64,000 nucleotides of DNA from Caldisericia bacterium (GTDB taxonomy: Bacteria > Caldisericota > Caldisericia > JAAYUI01): assembly GCA_963674785.1 (NCBI GenBank), contig OY771555.1:32001-96000 (forward strand). The letters are read 5' to 3'. Position 1 is the stretch's first letter, and each line of letters begins with the position of its first letter. The notes beneath the pieces are model-generated. The model saw only the letters and a list, made by a program, of their open reading frames with translations, was not told where the DNA came from and made no database searches. Shown in pieces: positions 57,276 to 64,000 of this stretch. The position numbers were made by a program, and so were the translations under genes.

Positions 57276-59006
57276 TTACTTCCTCAACAGGATTTTCTCA
57301 GGGTACCACTTCTGAAACCAATTTGTGAAAACAAACATTGGGACAAGAAGAACATATCGAACTATCATTAAGGCAATTGCAATTTTTGGGTAGGACATTT
57401 CAACAAGCATTATTAGTGCTTCAAGTAAGAAGAATAAACCCCAGACAGAACTAATAATAATGTTTGTCACCAAAAAAGCATTAGACATTAAAACAGATTT
57501 GGAAAACCCTTGCCCTGAATATTCGGCAGTTAATGAGAACCTGTTTATAGATGAACCTAACCACAACGCTCCCAAGAAGACATAATCAATAACCCAGATA
57601 TACATACCTACAAAATTGAGATTTAGAGACAAGAGTACGGACATAACCACAAGATAAGCAGTTGATCCAAACTCAAACAATGTCGGTCTGTTTGTCATTG
57701 AATGATAAAGGAGGACTAGAAGTGAAAGACCGGCAGCAACAAACCTCGGCACAAGACCAGGGAACATGGAACCAAAAACCCATACAACGATCCAGGGAAC
57801 AAATGCCACCTGCATCCACGTCATTCCTGAGAGGTTTATAAATCCTCTTTTGTCGGGAATCGATTTTTCATTGGATAAATCACTCATTGCGTCTTCAGGC
57901 TTATCTCCTGATGAGGTATTGAAAGTCTTATCCATATTCATGAGATAACTCATATCACCTTCAATCTTGTAAGCACCTTTTAAGAACTCAGCTTCGCCAT
58001 TTGCACATCCTTCAGATATATCCATCCACAACTTGAGAGGAGAAATAACAGTCATGTCCGGATTTGGGTGTTTTCCACTATAAGCACTTGCCTTTTTCCC
58101 ATCCATTACAATAAACCAATTTTTATCATCCAAGTCGAATTGAATAACACCGTTTGAAGACGCTGCTTTTGAAGGCACATATTGAAGAGCCATCCCTGCA
58201 AAAAAAGTATCCATTCCGCCAGAAGATATTGACAGAGGTTTTTGTTCAATTCTATGTTCAATCGATTTTGGTTTAACTGCACCCTCTCTTGGTTGTAAAG
58301 ACTTCCAATACTGGTTTGCTGTTTCCAGGAACATTTTTACTTCTTCTTTTGTGCTAGTCGTTGCCTGAACAATCTTTTCTGCTGTATCTTTGCTAATCTT
58401 GAGATTTTCAGCAAGCTCTTGACCGGTTTTTTCTGCAAGAGAAAGGATTTCTGTAAATAACTGATCAGATCCTCTGGCAAGAGGCTCTGAGCCTGGAAGG
58501 AGAAAATGTCCTGCGAAAAGATCTCCGATTGTTGACCCATAAACCTTTTCATACCTTTTCAGAAGTGGATCGAAATGAGATCTTTCAGGGAATCCACAGA
58601 CAGAGATAAGAAAAACCTTTGGGTGTGGCTTATCTCCTCTTATTGGATGACCAGTCGTATCTCCTCTAGCAACAAGATATGGCTGCACCAAAGGAAGTTG
58701 TCTATCGGTGAAGTTTTTAAAGATACCTGTAACATCATAATAATAAAGAGGGGTGGAATGAATCACCAAATCAGCATTTCTAATCTTTTCAAGTATCTCC
58801 ACCATGTCATCTTTGTGTACACACTGACCAGGTGTTTTTGTCCAACAGGTATAACATCCAATACACGGATTTATATTCTTGTCAACGAGAAAAATCTCAT
58901 CTACATCGGCACCATTTTTCTTCATCCCTCTAATAAGTCTTTCGGCAATCTTATAGGATGCGGATTTTTTCCTTCTTGGACTTCCAAGGATCACAACTGC
59001 TTTCAT
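57276..59006 (-). CDS. Iron-sulfur flavoprotein (FMN_red/Isf) fused to SCP2 lipid-binding and multi-TM domains
   Basis: ILGSPRR, CIGCYTCWTKTPGQC..DDM, TPLYY; SCP2 IQFDL..PDMTV..AEFLKGAYKIEGDM; about 6 C-terminal TM segments. Confidence 0.85.
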   Translation of the reverse strand: MKAVVILGSPRRKKSASYKIAERLIRGMKKNGADVDEIFLVDKNINPCIGCYTCWTKTPGQCVHKDDMVEILEKIRNADLVIHSTPLYYYDVTGIFKNFTDRQLPLVQPYLVARGDTTGHPIRGDKPHPKVFLISVCGFPERSHFDPLLKRYEKVYGSTIGDLFAGHFLLPGSEPLARGSDQLFTEILSLAEKTGQELAENLKISKDTAEKIVQATTSTKEEVKMFLETANQYWKSLQPREGAVKPKSIEHRIEQKPLSISSGGMDTFFAGMALQYVPSKAASSNGVIQFDLDDKNWFIVMDGKKASAYSGKHPNPDMTVISPLKLWMDISEGCANGEAEFLKGAYKIEGDMSYLMNMDKTFNTSSGDKPEDAMSDLSNEKSIPDKRGFINLSGMTWMQVAFVPWIVVWVFGSMFPGLVPRFVAAGLSLLVLLYHSMTNRPTLFEFGSTAYLVVMSVLLSLNLNFVGMYIWVIDYVFLGALWLGSSINRFSLTAEYSGQGFSKSVLMSNAFLVTNIIISSVWGLFFLLEALIMLVEMSYPKIAIALMIVRYVLLVPMFVFTNWFQKWYPEKILLRK

Positions 59007-59093
59007 ATATCTCTATCTCCTTATAAGTACTGACTACTATCTAAATAATATCTGATATACCTATATAATTATTATTAATATGTATAGATATTT

Positions 59094-59582
59094 TTATTTG
59101 CTCTTTACTGCCTTCATAATAGTATATAATATATTTGTAAGTATGTTATATGTATTATTATCAAACTTACTTACTAATATATCACTTACTTCTTTATAAG
59201 CTTTATCTGACTCATTTAATATCTTTTCTCCGCTATCAGTAAGTTTTAAGTAGTAGGAACGTCTATCTTTCTTATCATATATTCTTTCAATATATTTCTT
59301 ATCTATCAATGAATCTATGACTCTTGTAGTTTTAGCAGGATGCATTAATGTATATTCAGTTAGATCACTTGGGCGGGTCTCATCACACGCTCGCACAATA
59401 AATAGTACCTCATAGCTTTCTGTTGAAAGTCCAAAAGCATCAAAAACCCCTTTATCACCACCGCCTTTTAGTAGAGTACCTAAATGGATTAGAAGTGTTA
59501 TTAATACAGCTCCTTCTCCGACCCTGTCTCTCAGTTCGATAAATCTACTATCATTCCATATATTTTCATCTGATAATTTCAT
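59094..59582 (-). CDS. MarR family transcriptional regulator
   Basis: TRPSDL..TTRVIDSLIDKKYIER..DRRSYYLKLTDSGE. Confidence 0.9.
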   Translation of the reverse strand: MKLSDENIWNDSRFIELRDRVGEGAVLITLLIHLGTLLKGGGDKGVFDAFGLSTESYEVLFIVRACDETRPSDLTEYTLMHPAKTTRVIDSLIDKKYIERIYDKKDRRSYYLKLTDSGEKILNESDKAYKEVSDILVSKFDNNTYNILTNILYTIMKAVKSK

Positions 59583-59672
59583 GTTCAATATATTATCGGA
59601 TGAAATTAATTTGTCAATACTCGCAGATATAAAAATCTTGAAAAAGTGATCTAAATTCGTAGAATCTCCCAC

Positions 59673-59891
59673 ATGGAAAATAAAAACGGATGTTCTTTGC
59701 CATTGATGACAGGCTTTCTCGCATTTGCATCAGTGTCAATGATATTGACCGGTATATGGCACAACTCACCATCACTCCTATGGTTAGGTGTTGGTGAAGG
59801 TGTGATAGCCATTCTCGGAGTCGTAGCGATTATCATCAAAAAAGTCAAAGCAAACAAAACTAAGACTGATTCTGTAGTTGAGTCTAAATAA
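59673..59891 (+). CDS. Small 2-TM hypothetical protein
   Basis: Two hydrophobic helices; TTGAAA-16-TAGAAT-7-ATG upstream. Confidence 0.6.
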   Translation: MENKNGCSLPLMTGFLAFASVSMILTGIWHNSPSLLWLGVGEGVIAILGVVAIIIKKVKANKTKTDSVVESK

Positions 59892-60495
59892 GTTGCAAAT
59901 TCTGTTTTATTGAGTCAGCTGTAATTTTGTTTTTATCAACTTTTTCTGCGATAACCCTGTCTACACAGAAAATTTCTTCTTCCGATTTAAAAAGACTCTG
60001 TGTAAGCCAGTGAATTCTCCAAGAATGATATGATCCAAGGAGTTCCCCGCTCTTCATATGAGATTCATTTTTTGTGTTCAGAAATGGCTTATCTACGAAT
60101 GCTGAAATAGCATTCAATCCATTCGTATTTGTGATTGATTGAATCTTTTGAAGAGTTTTTTCTCTATCACCAGGTGGGATAAGATTTATAAGGCCAACCG
60201 AAATCACGATATCGTATGGACCACCAAGATCATCAGAATCAACCGACTCAACTCTTGTGTTTATTTTAAGCCCAGACTCTTTTGCCCAGGTTTCAAGTTT
60301 TTCAATTGCCTCAGTCGATGGATCAATCGCAGTCACATTATACCCTTGGCCAGCAAGGAAAATGACATTTCGACCATCACCTACGCCCCAAACCAGAACA
60401 TCTTTGAAGTCTTCCGGTTCAACAAATTCCCACAGTTTCATACAGGTCGTTGTGGGAGCGGCACCCCATGTCAATGTGTTTTGTGATTTATCCAT
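59884..60495 (-). CDS. TehB-like class I SAM-dependent methyltransferase
   Basis: VLVWGVGDGRNVIFLAGQGYNVTAID, YDIVIS, TNTNGLNAI, SGEL. Confidence 0.85.
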   Translation of the reverse strand: MDKSQNTLTWGAAPTTTCMKLWEFVEPEDFKDVLVWGVGDGRNVIFLAGQGYNVTAIDPSTEAIEKLETWAKESGLKINTRVESVDSDDLGGPYDIVISVGLINLIPPGDREKTLQKIQSITNTNGLNAISAFVDKPFLNTKNESHMKSGELLGSYHSWRIHWLTQSLFKSEEEIFCVDRVIAEKVDKNKITADSIKQNLQLI

Positions 60496-61165
60496 TGGGA
60501 GATATTTTACCTAACTTTTCCTCATCGTCAACAACTGATGCACGACTATATTCTAAACCCTTAATATATTCGGCTACTTCAGGAAAACTTGGATAACTTT
60601 TCCATTTTACGAAACAATAGATTAAAAGGATCAAGGTCGAACCAAGCAGCAAAAATTCTGTGAATTGAGTTCTGAAAAAAAGAAGTACACCTGATAATAA
60701 AAAGAGGATTGAAGACACCAAAACACCAATAAGCCAGATCCCTTTAGGTACCATCTGGATACTATGTGCCCTACCCATCAAAAGCTTTATACCACTTAAT
60801 GCCTCTGAATAGGATGGTGAACCATCAGCCAATTCAAATCCATCTTTTTCTGGGTTCATCTTTGCGCCCATTGCCCTTGTCAGGGTCTCCAAAAATTCCA
60901 TAGAATAGTCCTTCTTTAATTTTTTAGGTTTTCGTTCTTTTTTTGGATTTCCAGGCAATATTCTCATCGTATCAGAGAGAGTCTCAGAAAATGATGGAGC
61001 TTGATTATATGAGGCAAACTCTTGTGTTTTTAGATATACTTCATATATATCAGAAAGTGAGTCTTGTGCCCATTCATGAAGTAGTGAAGTATTTGCTTGC
61101 TTTAAAGCAATCTCACCTTTATAAACAACTGAAAGATAGAAGCTGGCAACCGGATCGATTTTCAT
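60488..61165 (-). CDS. Hypothetical 2-TM membrane protein
   Basis: 225-aa ORF with two C-terminal hydrophobic segments, tightly packed in the operon. Confidence 0.6.
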   Translation of the reverse strand: MKIDPVASFYLSVVYKGEIALKQANTSLLHEWAQDSLSDIYEVYLKTQEFASYNQAPSFSETLSDTMRILPGNPKKERKPKKLKKDYSMEFLETLTRAMGAKMNPEKDGFELADGSPSYSEALSGIKLLMGRAHSIQMVPKGIWLIGVLVSSILFLLSGVLLFFRTQFTEFLLLGSTLILLIYCFVKWKSYPSFPEVAEYIKGLEYSRASVVDDEEKLGKISPNG

Positions 61166-61173
61166 CTAAAAAC

Positions 61174-62550
61174 CTATCTATAAAATATCAAGGTAAGAGC
61201 TCTATTAAACGAGGTTATGTCTCTAATCTCTTTTGAATCAAGGCTTACAATCACTTCCTGGTTACCGTCAACGGCGATCATGGATGGCGTACTATATAGT
61301 CCTAAGGCTGAAACGACCTCAAGTGCAAGGTCGATAACAAGAGGCGATTTTCCAATTCTTCCAGTGAAACCTTTAAGCTTGTCTTCTTTTGATTTTGAGA
61401 CAAAGATTATGTCTTCTTCAGGGAAATCGTTTTTCATGAGTTCATCTCTAACCTCGGCTGCTCGATTCATACAGCTTCCGCATGATGATACATATATGAA
61501 GACTACTTTATGACCATTAAACATTTCCTTGGTAAGATTTGTACCCATCGTGGAAACCATCTCTGGCCAATAAATCTGAGTTCCTTTTGTCAAAGAAAGT
61601 ATCCCAAACGGGAATTTCTCTTTATAGGCACCATATCCATTATTTTTGATAAAATTGAGTTTCAGAGCTTGTGCAACTTTCTCTTTCAATTCAGCTGCAG
61701 TCGGTCCAAAATTAAACTCCTTTGGTTCAGGAGGAATAAATCCAGCTATTTCATCTGCAGATAATCCTACAAAACTACTCCAAATCTTTTGTTCAATCTG
61801 CCACCTTGCAGGATCAGGTTGAGGATGGATTGGATCAATCCCAATTATTCGACCATCATTATCAATTCTAAGTGATGACCTTCTATTTTGAATCTCAAGG
61901 ACACATGCGATATATTTCTTTTGATAGTCTTCATCAAAAACATCAAAGAATTCCAAAGTTTTTGGTTCAGCACTCACACCTGGTTCAGGATCAGAAACAG
62001 TTGCGTTTGGAATTGGCGAACTGTATTCATTTTCAGCAATTGAATATTGTACAATGCACGCATCAGTAATATCACCATAATAGAAAACTACTTTTCTTGC
62101 TTTATTTTCATCAGTTGGGTCAGGTGTGACAATAATTTCAGCTGTCCCTGTTTCTTCAAACTCTTTTGTTACAGGAATCTCATCAAGACCTTTTCTCTCA
62201 GTTGGTGCACTCATTGTCACACTTACCCTTGAAACATCACTATATGGGATACCTTCAGATGACCAAAGATCTTCATGGATGACACCGGTCACTTTAAACT
62301 CGGCACCCTTAAAAAACTCCATCAGCTCTTCTCCATAATATGGCATCTGTGTCACAAATGTATCCTTATCAGGACCAGTAAAAACCATAGACTGATGTGA
62401 AAGATCAAAAACGGTTTCCCAGTTACCATGGGAGATTTCTGTAAGCAATTCGACAACAAGCTTTCCATCCTCATTTCCTCCACAAGATACAAAAGTAAAG
62501 GACGAAACAATAATCACAAGTACCAACAAAAAAGTTATTCTCTTCATCAT
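61174..62550 (-). CDS. Lipoprotein with C-terminal thioredoxin-like (CGSC) domain
   Basis: Lipobox FVSC; KVVFIYVSSCGSC..DL..ALGLYSTPSMIAVD. Confidence 0.7.
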   Translation of the reverse strand: MMKRITFLLVLVIIVSSFTFVSCGGNEDGKLVVELLTEISHGNWETVFDLSHQSMVFTGPDKDTFVTQMPYYGEELMEFFKGAEFKVTGVIHEDLWSSEGIPYSDVSRVSVTMSAPTERKGLDEIPVTKEFEETGTAEIIVTPDPTDENKARKVVFYYGDITDACIVQYSIAENEYSSPIPNATVSDPEPGVSAEPKTLEFFDVFDEDYQKKYIACVLEIQNRRSSLRIDNDGRIIGIDPIHPQPDPARWQIEQKIWSSFVGLSADEIAGFIPPEPKEFNFGPTAAELKEKVAQALKLNFIKNNGYGAYKEKFPFGILSLTKGTQIYWPEMVSTMGTNLTKEMFNGHKVVFIYVSSCGSCMNRAAEVRDELMKNDFPEEDIIFVSKSKEDKLKGFTGRIGKSPLVIDLALEVVSALGLYSTPSMIAVDGNQEVIVSLDSKEIRDITSFNRALTLIFYR

Positions 62551-63998
62551 TCAACCTCCATAATAAGAAACTCATCTGACTGAGCTAAGACTCTAAAACT
62601 ATTATTCGCCCAATCAAGTAGATTTTCTTCAATATAAAGTGGTGCAGATTCGGTAATATCCTCACCAACTCCAATAGATACATCATACAAATCCCTCGGG
62701 ACATCAGATAGTAACCAACCAAGACTATTTGAGCCGATCGGGACATCAATAAATTCATGTGTAAATGTTGCATCAGACGTTTGAGATTCCAGAATCACTT
62801 CCACTTTTGAAAAATCATCAGATGCAATAAACTCAAGATTCAAGTATTCTTGAGCTCTTATTGGAACAAAAACCCTGAAATTTCTTCCTCTTAGCTCTGT
62901 TTGTTTCCATTCAAAAAGAGCTGTTTTTGAAAGAAGAATATAGTCACCTTTTTCAGGGGTTTTCCCCTCCGGTAAAGCTACCTCACCACGACTCTTTCGA
63001 ATAGCTAGGTAATTGTCAGTCCAGTGCCTATATAAAACTCCACAATGCTTTTCTGTGGCGTACGTAACCCAAAAACGCAATCCATGTCTTGCGTATAAGT
63101 TTTCAGTGTATTCAAGCCCATCTGTTTCCAAAAAGTTATTTAAATCAACAAGCTCTTGGATAGTAACAACAGGTCTTGCAAGCTTGATCGTTTTTAAAAC
63201 TGTATCGTGATAACCGGTGACCGCAAAAACTGTTAATGCCATCAAAACAGCCAAAGACACATAAATAACCTTCTTCTGAGAGACCAATCTCGACAGGTGA
63301 TAGAATCCAAGTCCAATAAGTATTGAGAGAGGAACAAACATCGTCAAAATGTTTCTTTCCTGCCACTCATACTCACAAAGGAAGAGTGCAACAATGAAAA
63401 CAGCAAGCCCAAAGCCGAAAAGCCACAAAGTGAGTTTTCTCCACTTTTTATATGACCAGAACAAACCAAATGCTGGGATTGCTACATGTAGATAATCAAG
63501 AAAATTAAAGTCGACCTGCATTTGATAACGATGGGAGAATAAACCTTTTACTGATGTGATCATGGTTTTCCAGCCATTCAAAGAAAGCTGGACAAAATAT
63601 CGGGATAGGATTGGAATGATAAGTGGGGTGGTGACAATTCCAAGACCAAGTAGTCCCCACATCACAAAGGAAATGATTTTACCATTTTTCCAATTAGATG
63701 ATGGGAGCATAACTGCTAAAATCACAAAAGAACAAGCCAGGAAAATTATTGAGGAAGGTGTATGTGAAAGCAATACTCCAATAAGGGAAATTACCCAAAA
63801 CAAAAGGCTTTTTTTCTGATTCTTCTTCTCAATAAACCAATAAAGGGAAATCAGTCCAAAAAGCAATATTGGAAGTGCTACAGTCTGCTTAAGATAACCC
63901 AGAGGATACCAAAAAACTCCGAGTGAAACACACCATCCAAGTAGACCAGCAAATGCTGGTAGATCATCTTTTGTTACTTTTTTCAAAAAATCAAATAT
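62547..63998 (-). CDS. Multi-TM membrane protein, possibly GT-C glycosyltransferase-like; 5' end lies outside the window
   Basis: Frame is open to the window edge; about 8-9 TM segments followed by a soluble C-terminal domain. Confidence 0.55.
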   Translation of the reverse strand: MFDFLKKVTKDDLPAFAGLLGWCVSLGVFWYPLGYLKQTVALPILLFGLISLYWFIEKKNQKKSLLFWVISLIGVLLSHTPSSIIFLACSFVILAVMLPSSNWKNGKIISFVMWGLLGLGIVTTPLIIPILSRYFVQLSLNGWKTMITSVKGLFSHRYQMQVDFNFLDYLHVAIPAFGLFWSYKKWRKLTLWLFGFGLAVFIVALFLCEYEWQERNILTMFVPLSILIGLGFYHLSRLVSQKKVIYVSLAVLMALTVFAVTGYHDTVLKTIKLARPVVTIQELVDLNNFLETDGLEYTENLYARHGLRFWVTYATEKHCGVLYRHWTDNYLAIRKSRGEVALPEGKTPEKGDYILLSKTALFEWKQTELRGRNFRVFVPIRAQEYLNLEFIASDDFSKVEVILESQTSDATFTHEFIDVPIGSNSLGWLLSDVPRDLYDVSIGVGEDITESAPLYIEENLLDWANNSFRVLAQSDEFLIMEVE

Positions 63999-64000
63999 CA

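Noticed and set aside
488-63819. The many 60-150 aa antisense or nested ORFs in the track
   Set aside because: They lie inside well-supported genes, lack initiation signals or motifs, and show the composition expected of reverse-frame shadows.
1-64000. CRISPR array, rRNA, IS element or prophage
   Set aside because: No regularly spaced repeats, cas, transposase, integrase or phage structural genes were seen; ORF6N stands alone.

Overview
AT-rich bacterial chromosome segment with no rRNA, CRISPR array, integrase or transposase. It probably comes from an anaerobe. Several secreted proteins carry copper-amine-oxidase-N 'stalk' domains, which would fit Caldisericota or similar lineages (inference only). 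Housekeeping blocks: CBS-domain tRNA nucleotidyltransferase, M50-like gene, trpS, scpA, scpB; minD plus a minE-like gene; uvrB; mltG, rlmN, tRNA-Gly(TCC); smpB, amidase, rph; fixABCX. These are interleaved with accessory genes. Most notable: (1) a three-gene cluster at 21754-24022 in which a NapH/YccM-type membrane polyferredoxin is coupled to two exported proteins carrying four copies of an unrecognised domain with an exact C-x36-C cysteine pair, one also bearing a Pht-type histidine triad (HGDHYH); (2) six tandem double-GNAT acetyltransferase paralogues in one operon (4912-11270); (3) apparent pseudo-enzymes: an M50 homologue lacking HExxH and a ~1820-aa surface protein with two papain/C39-like modules lacking the catalytic Cys; (4) about 11 genes with leaderless promoter architecture; (5) an Isf-flavoprotein/SCP2/membrane fusion behind a MarR gene; (6) two secreted-protein genes split by frameshifts; (7) two short TpA-rich patches. 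All family calls come from motif recognition by eye, not database searches.
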